DNA of 64,000 nt, taken from assembly GCF_964355755.1 (NCBI RefSeq), contig NC_092678.1, positions 15,419,881 to 15,483,880 of the forward strand, written 5' to 3'. How positions within the stretch are numbered: position 1 is the first letter of the stretch; the number at the start of each line of letters is the position of its first letter. Made by a program: the position numbers and the translations under genes. Positions 36,501 to 50,501 of this stretch are shown piece by piece. The notes under the pieces were generated by a model. It had not been told where the DNA came from. It saw only the letters and a list, made by a program, of their open reading frames with translations, and did not search any database. The DNA comes from Antedon mediterranea (lineage: Eukaryota; Animalia; Echinodermata).

Positions 36501-37950
36501 TAAGAAAGATGGTGATTCTTTAAAAGAGATCGTCACTTACGAGAGGTGTGGTCTTAAGAGAAGCTATCGATTAAGAGATAGACTGATAGCTAAGTAAAGA
36601 AATGCATTTACACATGATGTAGACAAATATATAATATTTTCTACATGCTGGGAGGCAATTTTCGTTACAACATTAGCTGTTGACCGTTCTACATTAACTG
36701 GTGTTGATTTTGTATACATAAACAATTTACTACATAAGCTGTTGGTGTTTCTACATTAGCTGAAGGTTTTACTACATTAGCGGTGGATTGTTCTACTTTA
36801 GCGGTCGTTTCGACATTAGTTGGCGTTTTGTACATTTGGTGTTGTAACAGATCATTTCAATTTCATAAAACACGAAGGTGTTTTTGAAGGATTATGTATT
36901 TGATAATAATTTATATAATTGTAATATAACTTGTATTCGTGACATTTCGTAGGCCTAGAGGTTTTATATTCTCTGTACTTACTCAGAAACTCGGTAAAAT
37001 CATATTAGATTGTGGAAATTATGAATCTATTAAAGGTAATGTAGCTTTCTTGTTATTCTTGTCAGAATATATTTTTTTAACAGGCTGAGCAGTTATGGTT
37101 CTAGTGGTTTGCATTGTAACGTGAACGACGTACTAGCCTATTAGAGCAATCAATAGGCTAATCTATCTCACGTATACCCATTTTACATTTTACATAATAC
37201 GAACACGGTTGAATTTATATTACGTTTGGGCCAAATAATTTTAGATTATGTTAGAGATATAGTCTAGGACCTGGGTTAGATTTGTATGAATTTAATTTAG
37301 GAGAGAATATCTCAACTGTTATAGGATAATTTGACCCCAACGAACAACATGGAATGTGTGCCAAATTCGCTATCCGAGACGAACATGCACAAAATCGGTG
37401 TTAAAAATGTGTGGTTCTTATATCTCGACAACCACTTGTCGTACAGATTTGATTTTGGTGTCAAATTGTTCAGAATATACATATTTATATTCGGTCTAAC
37501 ACAACTTTTAGCGAAAAATGCTTTACTGACCTTTGACCCAAAAATGATCAAAAAACACATTTTCGGTTTAAATTATTCTTTAACATGCCAATGGACAAAC
37601 TGTATGGTATCAAATGAAAGCATATACAATATGCTACCCATTGCTACCCAACTTGTATTGAAAATGTTTAATTATGAAGCTAATTGTATGGAAAATGTGC
37701 ATATTTCGATTACTTTTATACACAAAAAATGAATATTTGGCAGCGTAATTGTTATGTTTATTTATATAGAATTAAATAATTTAAGTTTTTGGAAGAACAA
37801 TTTGTCCATTGGCATTTAAAAGAATAATTAACCAGAAAATGTGTTGTTTGGGCCTGGGTCAAAAGTACTGGAAAAGCATTTCCGGTCATTATTTCGCTAA
37901 AAGTTGTGACCGAATATAAATATGTATATTCTGAACAATTTGACACCAAA
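30509..37950. repeat. Tandem array of three 2479-bp units (starts 30509, 32988, 35467)
   Basis: ORF track repeats with exact 2479 period; units differ at only a few sites; CCAAA at every junction. Confidence 0.97.
30543..31891. mobile_element. Foldback element, TGTTACAAC...GTTGTAACA termini (Ginger-like ends); also in units 2 and 3
   Basis: Outer arms of ~20-bp GCTAATGTAG repeats and inner arms of CGACCACCTCTC repeats, mirrored. Confidence 0.75.
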
Positions 37951-38156
37951 AGCAAATCTGTACGACAAGTGGTTGTCGAGATATAAGAACCATACATTTT
38001 TAACCCTTGACCCCAGTTTTGGGCATGTTCGCCCCGGATAGCGAATTTGGACCGGAACGTATCCCATGTTGTTCCTTGGGGTCAAATTATCCTATAATAG
38101 TTAATATATTCTCTCCTAAATTAAATGCATACAAATCTTACCCAGGTCCTAGACTA
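37260..38156. mobile_element. Academ-like MITE (complete copy; right-truncated copies at 32302 and 34781)
   Basis: TAGTCTAGGACCTGGGT / ACCCAGGTCCTAGACTA, ATA TSD, ~280-bp TIR. Confidence 0.82.
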
Positions 38157-38279
38157 ATAAATATAGTATAGTTAGCCAGGTTCATCGGCGCATCTAGCAG
38201 AAAAGATACTAAAACTCTGTCTGTTATATTTTTAAGTTTTGTTGATAAAATATTATCTTTGCCGCGTTTAACAACTTAA

Positions 38280-38722
38280 AGATACCTTCCCTATGTTTTT
38301 TAGATCTAATTTAAGATCACAAACTATATTTAATGTAAATAATACTATATGGTCCTATTGCGATAACTGTTTACGTCTTTAAATGGTTAAACATTTGAAA
38401 AATAAGTCGAATCTAATAATTATAGCGGCCCGCTATAAATCCCAAAATGCATTGCGCGCGGATTGATATTTTTGTTTTTCTTCTGTAATTCACCCACTTT
38501 TCGATCGATCGTGAGTCCAAAACAAATGGAAGACTCCTAACTTTTCAGCGAAAATACCGGGTTTTCTCCAATTTGTATCAACGTAGTCTGGCAAAAAAAA
38601 CTTTTTATCCTAATTTACCATAAAACGTACGTTTAAGACAAGGAATGACCTGGTTTAATGTTTTTAAAGTAATACATATGTATTATTTTTACAAAACGTC
38701 ACAAATTGTAGGGAAGGTGTCT
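38280..38722. mobile_element. Kolobok-like MITE
   Basis: TTAA|AGATACCTTCCCTA...TAGGGAAGGTGTCT|TTAA; empty site in the paralogous segment at ~43884; related fragment at ~1165-1390. Confidence 0.8.
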
Positions 38723-39271
38723 TTAATTTTCAACGAATAAATCTTAAACGTGTGAAATGCAAACCGCACGTTGACCCACATACAAAATCGGTATCACGTA
38801 CGGTAAGATGTGTATATATATATATATATTTTTATAAGATGACGTAGAACCCGATTTTTACCCATACATATACGGATACGGAGGTTGTAAGTATGACGTA
38901 CTGTATACCCCTTTAACTTCACGAGCATGCTGATGATCATGGTGTGTCGTCAATGATTTAGTCGTATTAAATTTGTCCATATTTGCAAATAATCTGATTT
39001 ATATATAGGTTTCAAATTATACGAAGCTTCAGGTTGACCGATGAAATGAAATTTAAATAATCCGCAGCAACATTGCCAGTCTTAATATGTCAGAGGGAAC
39101 AGATTAGGCCTATTTTAGAGTGTACAGTATGAAACAAACGTAGTATCACGATAGGAGAAATCTTTGCCTTGGAGCTCATTTGCATGGACATACAGGCTTA
39201 AGGCAAGTCTGTCTAATACGGTGTAACATTTAACGCATTCAGGTTAAGATCATGAAGTTATGCAATAGAAC

Positions 39272-40198
39272 TGTCACGACAAATATGGTCCGGGGCCAAA
39301 ATCGGTCCGTCCGGACCAGTTTTGGCTCTAAAGTTGTGGCCAAAAGCAGTCCGCCACTGCCAAAATCGGTCCGGGTTTTTCTTCTGTCGATTTTAATTGA
39401 ATTACTAGGCCTATGATGCTGTTTTAAGTTGTTTATGGCTAGAAAAATATCCCATGATATATATAAGTAAGTTATCTTGTCGGATAAATACTGTAAATAA
39501 ATGTATTTTATCTAAAAACATGACTTAGGTGTTCACTCATGTTTCAACCTGCCACACACTCACATGAACGGGTATGAGACGCTGATATTGCCAGCCAGAT
39601 TTTATTTTATGATTGAGGCCTTTTTCCTTCCTCAGCCTAATCAATATTGGATAATTGTTTTATAATGATTGTAGTGAATTGATATTGATTGATTAACCAT
39701 AAATTAGTAATAAATTAAATTGTTTTTAACATCATGGGGAAACGAAGATGTTTAAAAAACAAAAGAACAAAATGGATTAAAAACAGGCAGAGAATTAATT
39801 GTACACAAAAAACCTAAAAATTAGTACTAATTATTGATGAGTTACTACTAATAGTAATAATGATGATAAAAAAAACAGGCTTAATTTATAATATTAAAAT
39901 AACAAATAAAACCCCGTAGTTTTCAATATATTATAAATGACTAATCATGGCCTTTTTAAATGATATATACATTATGACTCATTTTGCGCACCATATATTT
40001 GCAAGATCGGACCATATTTGGCGGCCAAAAACAGTCCTACTGCCCGGACCGATTTTATCCAGGCCGGACCAGTTTTGGCGGCCAAAATTGGTCCGGCCGG
40101 ACAGGTTTTGGCAGCCATAAATGGTCCCCCGGACTGATTTTGGCAGCCAACACTGGTCCGCCGGACAGATTTTGGCCCGGACTGATTTTGGTGTGACA
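39272..40198. mobile_element. Ginger-like MITE
   Basis: TGTCAC...GTGACA termini, 4-bp TSD GAAC, GGTCCG/CGGACC subrepeats in the arms. Confidence 0.8.
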
Positions 40199-40719
40199 GA
40201 ACATTCCAGTTAATTGTCTGCAACTGCATCTGCATCTTTTATAACTGCTATCTTATATTTTAAATATCTTAAGTCTGTTATGAATCTGGGGTTTAATAAT
40301 TCGACCATATCCTAAATATAGAGTTGGATCACAGTTCCCAATACAGTACATACATTAAAGTAATAGTTGGCGCCGTCAACATAATTCCACCATACATAGG
40401 CACAGCAAGTCTCGTCTACTTCACTGGCTTTTGTTAATTTTGGACTGAAGTTCTTGCTTTCAATATAATATTCATCCCTCTGTTTCGGTGATAGTGCACA
40501 GCGTTACATAGATGTTGCAAATTTGCTCCTTCTCATATTTTCTTTAACTAACGATTATTCCACTATTTTGTTTATTAAAACGAAATCGCTTGTTGTTTAA
40601 TGATGGCAAAGTAATATATTTAATAGCGCATTTAAAGTTTCTATTTCATTTCGAAGTTTTTAAGCTTGTTGAATAGTATAATGTCATTAAGTTCAAATTT
40701 TAAATTTGATTGTGACTGT

Positions 40720-41168
40720 CCTGTTAACGTTAAACGTTATTAAAATTGTTATGTACAAAGTCGTATTTTAACTTTTTATGAACGTTCATTGTACGATAAA
40801 GATAAAAGAAATATTTATGTATTTTAACGTTATTATAAAAAGTTAATCTAACATTAGATGAACGTCGTTAAAAAGGTTCACTGAAATTTATTTTTTGAAC
40901 GTTATTCTGAAAGTCTTTTTAATGTTCGATAGACCTTATTAAAAACATTCTGTTTAAGTTAGATTTAAACATCATTGTGAACGTTCTTTCAACGTAAGAT
41001 TAAGGTTTTAGAAATAGTTATGTAACTTTTCCTTTTTATGTTATTATGAAAGTTAATCTAACGTTAGATGAACGTTGTTAAAAAGATTAATTGAAAGTTA
41101 CTTTTTGAAAGTTAATTTAATAGTTAGTTAGTTTGATTTGTACGTTATTTTTTGTTCTTTTTGCTGGG
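40720..41168. mobile_element. AACGTT-rich EnSpm-like MITE remnant (related blocks at ~46810-47230 and ~49290-49825)
   Basis: Dense AACGTT repeats ending in TTGCTGGG. Confidence 0.5.
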
Positions 41169-41464
41169 AAATAGCCAGGTGTTTTATCTACAACATTGAA
41201 CCAATTAAATATTGAATTAATATTAATTTACACATTATTATTATACTGTATTTTACATTTTTATCACATCTAAAAATAATATAATGAATTTTAATTTTAT
41301 TATCAAATTCGAATAAAAAGAAAACGTAAATTACTAATAATAATAATGCGTACCGGTGTTTATGTGTGTTATACAAATGCTATTCTAAGAAGAATTTTAT
41401 CGAAGAATCAAAGTACAATAAATGTATCTACAACATTGAACTAATTAAATATTGAAATAATATA

Positions 41465-42832
41465 ATAATTTAGGTATTTGTATAGCGCCAGAATCAACTA
41501 AACCGAAGTAAAAATCAAAGGCGCTTGTATTGGATGTTAAAAAGATGCGTTCTTTTTAAAAAAATAGTAATAGAGGTTGAATGAGTAAAATGACGAGGGA
41601 GAGAATTCCAAAGAGAAGCAGCAGAGAACATAAAAGACCTTTGTCCATAAGATTTGGTGTTAATTCTAGGAACAAGTAGTAGGTTTTGATCAGCCGAACG
41701 AAGACAAGCAAGAGGGGTGTAGGTGGGAAGAAGATCAAGGTTTAAGAAGTAGCGCTTTAATTGTTAGTAAAAGGATCTTATATTTTATACGGGAGTCAAT
41801 AGGTAGCCAATGGAGGTTATATAAAATAGGAGATATGTGTGAGGATCTTCTAGTAATAGTTAGAATGCGTGCAGCAGTGTTCTGGAGACGTTGAAGTCGA
41901 TTCATTGAAGATTTCGGTAGGGCAAAAAAAAAGAGAGTTGCAATAATCAAGGCGAGAAGTGACAGAGGCATTTATTAATGTAGAGGCAGTACGCTTTGAC
42001 AGATACTTTCGAATGCAAGCAATGTTACGTAGATGGAAGTTAGTAGTTTTTTTAACATGACTTATATGTTTGTTGAAGGATAATAATTCATCAAAATAAA
42101 CCCCAACATTTTTAACATGGAAAAAAAATGGAAAAATTGAACAGGAATTAAAAGAAATCGAGGGAATATTGAATTTGGAACGTATGTGTTTGGTGGAAAA
42201 AATGATAAATTCGGTTTTAGAATTTTAAAAAATAAAATAAAAAGCAAAGGCATGTTGGATGATAGCCAGGATGATATTTTAGAGAGACAACTTTCAAGTC
42301 GTTTAGTTATATCGTGAGATTCAGAAGGATTAAAATCGACATAAATATATCTGTAAGTCATCAGCTATTATAGGTGGTAGTGTTTTAATAATTTCAGTGA
42401 GAGGGGAAATATACAGAGAAAAAAGCAAGGGCCCAAGGATAGAACCCCGTGGAACTCCGCATTCAAGGCTCTTAGGAGCAGATCTAGTATCATTGATTTC
42501 TACGCACTGGGTCCGGCAAGTCAGATAAGATCAAAACCAATCTAAAGCACTATTAGACACTCCATAGTAATCTGAAAGACGACAGAGAAGGATGTTGTGA
42601 TCAACAGTGTCAAAAGCAGATGAAAGGTCTAGCATAACAAGTGCAACAGCACGCTTTCGATCCAAGGCACAGACAATATCATTATGAATTTCGGTGAGGG
42701 CAGTTTCAGTATTGTGACCAACTCTATATGCAGATTGAAATGGATTTAAAAAATTGAATTTATAGAGATAAGATATAAATTGATTTAAAACTATTTTCTC
42801 AAGGAGCTTTCCAATGAAGTGAAGATTTGATA
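41465..42832 (-). mobile_element. L2/CR1-group LINE reverse transcriptase fragment, 5'-truncated and decayed
   Basis: ISNLHFIGKLLEK..FQSAYR..HNTETAL..LDLSSAFDTVDH..GVPRGSILGPLLF; LQRLQNTAARIL..LHWLPI. Confidence 0.9.
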
Positions 42833-44624
42833 TTAATTTACATTATATTATTATACTGTATTTTACATTTTTATCACATCTAATAATAACATAATGAATT
42901 TTAATTTTATTATCAAAGTCGAATAAAAAGAAAAACGTAAATTACTAATAATAAATATGCGTACCGGTGTTTATGTGTGTTATACAAATATTGTTCTAGT
43001 GAAGATTGTTATCAAAAAATCGAAGTACAATACATGTATACATTAATTAATGAATTAATGAATATTACTAAAGGCATTTAAAACATCTCATTGAGTTTAC
43101 TGACTTTCAATTTTATTAAGCATTAATAATTAAAACATATTCATCCAAAAAATAACGTAACTAAATACAATACAATTTCTAACGGTAACTATGCCAATTT
43201 ATATTTACGCTTTGTTGCACGGCATTGTTTGTCACGTCATCGATCGAAGATGTCTTCCGTTTCCTGAAAAAGGCGTATACATGTCTGATGATGTTTTATT
43301 TAGAACGGGCATGAATAAGTATTCCTTCTTCCACTACAATACTGTATGTTGTGACGGCTAATATATTTGATTTAAAGTATAATATTTCACTTTTATTCGT
43401 GACACGTATAGTAGGCCTAGAGGGTTTATATTCATTGTGCTCACTTTATAAAAACAGTAAAATCATATAGATTGTGGAAATTATGAATATATTAAAGGTA
43501 ATGTAACTTTTTTTTATTTATCAGAATATCTTTAAAAATTTATGAAGAGCACTAATATGGTTCAAGTGGTTTGCATTGTAATGTGAACGACGTGGCCTTA
43601 TTAGAGCAATCTATCTCACATACGCATTTACATTTTACATATACGAACACGGTTGACTTTATATCACATTTGGGCAAAATAAATGTAGATTCGGTTAGAG
43701 AGCCATATGTATGGCTAGCCAGGTTCATCGGCGCATCAAGCCTAAGCCTAAGCCTAGCCAAAATATTTACTTTTTTTGTCGTTTTCATGAAGCAGTTCTA
43801 TACTAAACTCTGTTTGAATTTTCTTTTCGTAATCTATGTTTAAGTTATGCTTGTAAAATGTTATCTTTACCGCGTTTAACAACTTAATTTTCAACGAATA
43901 AATCTTAAACGTGTGAAATACAATCGGCACGTCGATACGCATATGTAACCTAGAACGCGATTTTTACCCATACGTATATGCATACTGAGGTTGCCCTGCC
44001 TATTTGACGTACTTTATACCCCTGACGTCAAGAGTTTGCTGATGGCCATGATGTGTCGTCAATGGTTTAACCGTATTCATTTTTCCAGATTTGGAGATGA
44101 TCGGATTTATCTATGGTTTCAAATAAAACGAAGCTTCAGGTTGCACGATGAAAATGAAACTTAAACAATCAATCCGCAGCAACAGTGCCAAGCTTAATAT
44201 CTCAGAGGGAACAAATTAGGCCTATTGTAGAGGCTACAGTATCAAACAAACAAAGTATCATGATAGGAAAAATCTTTGCCTTGGAGCTTATTTGCATGTA
44301 CAAAAAGGCTTAAGGCAAAGTCTGTTTTTAATACAGTTTACCTGAGATTCGGAAACAGACGGAAAGTGACAATATAAAGCAATAATGGCACAAGGCTTTT
44401 TAATGTCTCTACAGTGTCTCCATATTAACATTTATACCCTTACAAACAATAATATATTCCATTTTTTTATAAAAGAAATATATACTCTTTGTGTCAATAA
44501 ACATGATGAAATAAAAACTACATAATAAGGAAATTCTGTTAATTTTATAAGGAAAAAAAACCACTTTATTTGACCTTTAGTGAAATAGGGCGTTAACCAC
44601 AGCGCGGTGTATTAGACCCATGCC

Positions 44625-45665
44625 TGTAATTACACATTACTTACTTCGTCGAAACACCAGTTCTCGTCAGATCACCGAATCGAAGTTAAGCAACGTTGGG
44701 CCCGGTCGCATTCTGGATGGGAGACCGTCTAGAAATAGTGGCGAATGCTGTATATGTTATGCGCGATTTGAACGATTTGCGCAATTTGAAATTGCGCAAA
44801 AAAATTCTTGCGCAATTTAAAATTGCGCAAAGAATTCTTGCGCAATTTAAAATTGCGCAAGGATTTTTTTGCGCATTTTCAAATTGCGCAATCAACTTGC
44901 GCAATTTCAAATTGCGCAAGAAAATCTTTGCGCAATTTTAAATTGCGCTGCACAATTTGTAAATTGCGCAAGATAGTTCTTGCGCAATATGACACCTTTG
45001 CGCAATTTGAAAACGAACTGTAAATTTTCCCATACATGGCTAGGCTAGGCCTAGGCAGAGGAGTTTAAAATTTAGTATTTTATTATATAGGGTAAATAAG
45101 ACCATTTCAATGAAGATAATGTTAATACTCACTTTTTAAGTTTTTAATATTAGTTTAAGCTAGGCCATGTAACCTAGTCAGTATCAGTAGTCCAAACCCT
45201 AGCTAGGCTAGAGTAGTATAGCCGGCCGCCCGCGCCGCGCCCGCCTGGTGGAACACCACCGCTTCGTTTTCCTTCGTCGGTTCTTCGACGGTATGCTAAC
45301 TTATAACAATATTTGCACTACTAAAATAAGGAAATGCGATATTTATCTTTAATTTTGAATCATTCTTAGAAATTACTATAAAAATATGGGTGTGCATGAT
45401 TTCACAATCTGTCGAAAAACCTTGCGCAATTTGCAGATTACTTGCGCAATTTAATACGTTGCTTGCGCAATTTGAAACACATGTTTCAATTCAAATAGCG
45501 CAAGGATTTTTTTTGCGCAATTTCAAATTGCGCAAATCGTTCAAATCGCGCATGTGATGGTGTGACAATAATATCGGACTAGCATGTGATAGGCATGGAT
45601 TCGAGGTTATTGGTACCATACTAATTGCACAATTAGGCAAGATCCTTTACTCTCATTGCCTTACC
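44625..45665 (+). mobile_element. 5S-headed SINE split by a MITE
   Basis: 5S-like head 44625-44755; tRNA-like and core part resumes at 45554. Confidence 0.7.
44759..45553. mobile_element. MITE with TTGCGCAA subrepeats
   Basis: TIR ATGCGCGATTTGAACGATTTGCGCAA / TTGCGCAAATCGTTCAAATCGCGCAT. Confidence 0.8.
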
Positions 45666-45699
45666 TGAAGGTCCAAAATGATCAGCAAGTGCTGGATGG

Positions 45700-46800
45700 A
45701 TGGACATGTCAAAAACAAGGTCTGTACAAACATTTTAGTTGCATTATATGCAAATATTGAAAAGTAGGGTCGAGGGTCAAATATCATACTTCTGATAATG
45801 TTTGGGTAAAATGTTTCATTAGAGCGAATATAAATATGTACATTCTTAATAAGGCCTTTCAAAAATCAACTCTCTAGCATTATTGGTTTTCGAGATATGG
45901 GAAGACTGTAATTTCACTCCCTTATTTGCATAGTTCATGTAATTTGTACTACTAAATAATATAATTTCGAGATGCGTGACAAAGGCGTGATTTTGGGAAT
46001 TACAAAGCGGTCCTATGCTAACGATAGGAAACCTGTATCCGAGTCATTTGAGTCCAAAACAAAGTCTCTACAAACGTTTTAGTTGCATTATGTATGTAAA
46101 CATTGATAAATGGGGTCAATGGGCAATTTTTGTATTTCCGGTAATTTTTTCGTAAAATGTTTTATTAGAGCAAATATAAATATGTACATTCTGAACAACG
46201 TTTTTCAAAAATCAATTCTCTAGCCTTAGTGTTTTTTGATATATAGGAACCTGCAATTTCACCTCCTAATTTGCATATTTCATGTAACGTTTACTGATAA
46301 TTTGCATACTTTGGAGGTTAGTGATACAGGTGTGATTTTGAGATTTACTTAACAATTCTATGTTGACTATTATAAAGTTGTATCTGAGTCATTTGAGGGC
46401 AGAACAAAATATCTACAGACATTTTAATTTCATTATATTTGCAATATTGATAAATGGAGTCAAGGGTCAATTTTTGTATTTCCGATCATTTTTTCGTAAA
46501 ATGTTTTATTAGAGCAAATATAAATATGTAGGCCTACATTCTGAACAAGTTTTTGAAGAAATCAACTCTCTAGACTTAGTGGTTGTCGATATATATGAAC
46601 CTGCAATTAATTTCACCCCCTAATTTGCATATTTCATGTAACTTGTACTAAGAATTTGCATACTTTGGAGGTGAGTGATACAAGTGTGATTTTGAAATTT
46701 ACTAAACAGTTCTAGGTTGGCTATTAGAAATCTGAATCCGAGTCATTTGAGGGCAGAACAAAGGCTCTACAGACATTTTAGTTTATTATAATTATATGCA
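45700..46800. repeat. About three diverged ~350-bp tandem units related to Academ-like TIR sequence
   Basis: GAGTCATTTGAG..AACAAA..CTACA.AC.TTTTA recurs at ~46040, 46385 and 46740; shares AATATAAATATGTA.ATTCTGAACAA with the 37260 MITE. Confidence 0.7.
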
Positions 46801-47305
46801 ATTTACAAATGTTGACCCTTGTAACCGTTCATTAAACGTTATTAATAAATTTATCTGAAGTTTCGAAATAACGTTCATAATGAGGTGATTTGTAAATGTT
46901 TGTTGAATGTTACAAGTTAACGTTCGATTGACGTCAAATGTTGACCCTTGTAAACGTTCATTACACGTTATTAATAACAAAATTTGAAGGTTCGAAATAA
47001 CGTTCAAATGATGTGATTTAGAAATGTTTGTAACGTTATTTAGATGCTGTAATATAAAGTTAACTTAACGTAAAAATGTTGACCCTCTATGTCGCTCTTT
47101 TAATCTTATTAGTAACGTTAGTTTAATGTTTAAATTAACATCTATATAACATAATTTTAATGTTTGTTGAACGTTATTTGTAGTAGTTAGGCTACTTTTT
47201 TAAATGTTTGATAAACGTTATTGTTGTTTTTTTTGCCAGGTGTTTTATCTACAACATTAAACTAATTAAATATTGAATTAATATTAATTTACACATTATT
47301 ATTAT

Positions 47306-47795
47306 TGTCACGAACTCCTCTCACGTATGTTTCCGAGCGGTTGAAAATACTTTAGGAACTCCTTTGTGACATAAAAGTATACACACAAAATCCACAAAGT
47401 TGTAAAATAACTCAAAACAAAGCTTTAATTTTAATCAACTTCAACTTTTAACAATCCAGTAAGCACTTTAAACAACAACTTCACAATAACTTTACAATAT
47501 AATATCCAACCACTAATCCAACCCTTCTTCAAAATAAATGCTTCAATCAAAAAATCCTTCTCCCCTTTTACAATTGTCATACTTCCCCTTATATACAATA
47601 TGTTCATAACCTTCTAGATCATTCCCTATACTTCTTCTTATTCTATTGATTATAGTTTCTATTAATAGCACTTCTGGAATGTTCCTGATTGTTCTTATTA
47701 ATTATACATGGTTTCTTAAATCAAAACATCTTATTCTAGAATGTTCATGTAAATACTATGTTACTCTATATGTTAGGGAATGGTAATTTATTACA
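47306..47795 (-). mobile_element. Solo LTR
   Basis: TG...CA ends, 5-bp TSD ATTAT, empty site in paralogous sequence at ~41240; TATATAAG and ATTAAA on the minus strand. Confidence 0.8.
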
Positions 47796-50339
47796 ATTAT
47801 ACTGTATTTTACATTTTTATCACATCTAATAATAACATAATGAATTTTAATTTTATTATCAAAAGTCGAATAAAAAGAAAAACGTAAATTACTAATAATA
47901 AATATGCGTACCGGTGTTTCTGTGTGTTATACAAATGTGGTTATAGTGAAGATTGTTCTCAAAGAATCGAAGTACAATACATGTATACATTAATTAATGA
48001 ATATTACAAAAAGCATTTAAAACATCCAATTGAGTTTACTGACTTTCAATTTTATTAAGCATTAATAATTAAAACATATTCATCAAAAAATTAACGTAAC
48101 TAAATATAGTAACATTTCTAACTGTAACTATGCCAATCTATATTAAAAATATACAAAGATTTATTTTTTTATCACAAAAAATATACTTGTCACTTGCTTT
48201 ACTCTTTTAAAGGAAAAGAGTGAAAACCAAATGCGCCACTCTCTAATACCACTCTTTAAAAGGATGACATTCACTCTATAAGAAGGAATGTTGTTTCTTT
48301 GTAATTTGGAATATGCTGGTTCAATTCGATCCGATAAAGTACATGGTGACTGAGTTGTTCAATCCACAGTTTGGACAATTTGGGGGTAGCGAACATAAAT
48401 ATCTGTAAGTGCAGTTTTCCTTGCTCATATTTTTTGGTATCAATGTATAAATCATAAATTTCTCTTTATTTTGATGTAAGTTGATTGTAATTAGATAATT
48501 AATGACGTCACATGAGGACATAAGGACATTAAAGATATATTGTCCCCCAAAAACATGAACAATGAAGATTAATTTGAAAAGGTTATTTTGTAGTTTTAAT
48601 CAAGTTAATCAATTGCTAAGAAAAAAAAACAAATAAAATATCTTTTCACTAAAATTGAAAAAATAAATGGTTAAATTCAATCAAAAATTCATTGGCTGGC
48701 AGCCAATTTGACTATTTTTTACTTTAAATTACAGTTTTTTCAGGTAAATAATTTTTTTTTCCGATCCAAGTTTTGGATTTTTTTTCAGGGGGACAATACA
48801 TCAGTAAATAAATAATGAATATTTTCGTATCTAAAACATGTCAATATTATATTTAAGATATGACTAATATATCTAAAATTCTCATATAATTATATATAAT
48901 ATATGATAGGCCTATACTCTGATTCTTTTAAGCATCGTTAGGCACATGTTTATAGCTATGAGTATGTACGTACACAAGTTAACAAAACACTGAGTTCTAG
49001 ATTATTAAACAATTTTGGGTAGGGTTTGATAACAAATAGCCAGTTTTTCTTGTTCAAACATTTAATTCTTTATATCAATGTATAGAGGAATGTCTACTTT
49101 ACATTTCGGTTTTAATATGTAATTCAATTTGATTTCAATTCAAATTTTATACAATTACTTTACAAATATCATATCCTGAAATCAGAAAAAAAATACAATA
49201 TCTGTAAGAATAATTTTATCTGTGCATGTTTCAACCAATTCATTGTGCAAATTTAATTTTTTTTTTACTTTGCCACCTAAACGTCGAAATTTATAGACAA
49301 CAGTTCTTAAAAGGGTTTACTGAAAGTTACGTTTTAACGTTATTCTGAATGTCCTTCTAATGTTTGATAAACGTTCTGTTTAAGTTAAATTCATACATTA
49401 TTGCGAACGTTCTTTTTAACGTTAGATAAAGATGTTAGAACAGTTATGTAATCTTACATTTTAACGTTATTATTAAAGTTAACCTAACATTAGATGATCA
49501 TTGTTAAAAAGGTTCACTGCCAGTTACTTTTGAATGTTATTATGAATGTCCTTCTAATGTTCGGAAAACGTTATTAAAAACGTTATGTTTAAGTTAGATT
49601 TAAACAATATTGTTAACTTTTTCTCGTTAGATAAACGTTATTAAGACAAGTTATTTTAATGTTATATTTGAACGTTACCATAAACGTTCACCTCAACGTT
49701 AAAATAATGTCAAACAAACATCGTCTTTTGAATGAATGTTATTCGAACGTCACTTGAACGTCCGAACCTGACCAAACAACAACCAAAAACTAACGTTATA
49801 TAAACGTTATATGTTTGTTTGGATATCACATTAAAATCTACTCGTAATGCATTTACTGGTCTAAATCCACCCGAAAAGGGGCTTCAAAATAGAAAATGGC
49901 GGCCATTTTGAATTTATGTTAATTAAGCCACTTCCCGATGTCCGATTTTGGTAAACTTTGGACATGATGTTCATTTGAACCATATCAACCAGATAAAACA
50001 AAATTGCAATTTGTTCTAGATTCAACCATACATTTACTGGACTAGTACCACCTGTCATGGATTGATAACACTTTCGCTTGAACCTTACAGAGAAAGAATC
50101 ATGGACATCACCTATTATATTACCATGATTTTTCTCAGAGCTGATCATGTTACATACGTATAAAAAATGCACAGTTACATAGTAATTTTTACCAAAAAAC
50201 AAGTCACGTGACCAATAAAGGTCTTTAGTACAACATTTCATTTTCTCAAATATTATACTGTTTGATATCGTAGTATAACCTTTTCTATTCTGAATACAGT
50301 TTTACAGTTTATTCGATTTTCCTTTGTTTTCTTTTTCAG

Positions 50340-50501
50340 CAGAAACGTAACTTTGGAAAGTAATCTAGAATTGTCTTATCTGTTAGTTAATGTATTTATA
50401 ACTATCCAGTTCAGTGGTGTCTATGTTGTTTTTTCAAATATGGTTTCTGCCAATAGAAAAAAATTATGGCTATCTGAGCAAGCACAAGCATATTGCATAT
50501 T
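50340..50501 (+). CDS. Candidate upstream (transmembrane) exon of GAL3ST copy 2
   Basis: Strong polypyrimidine CAG acceptor, GTAAG donor, open frame with hydrophobic LSYLLVNVFITIQFSGVYVVF, phase 2 matches the exon at 56710; no homology support. Confidence 0.3.

Noticed and set aside
32373-37732. 133-aa ORF repeated three times
   Set aside because: Lies in the AT-rich TIR of a MITE and has no recognisable domain; the repetition is due to the tandem array
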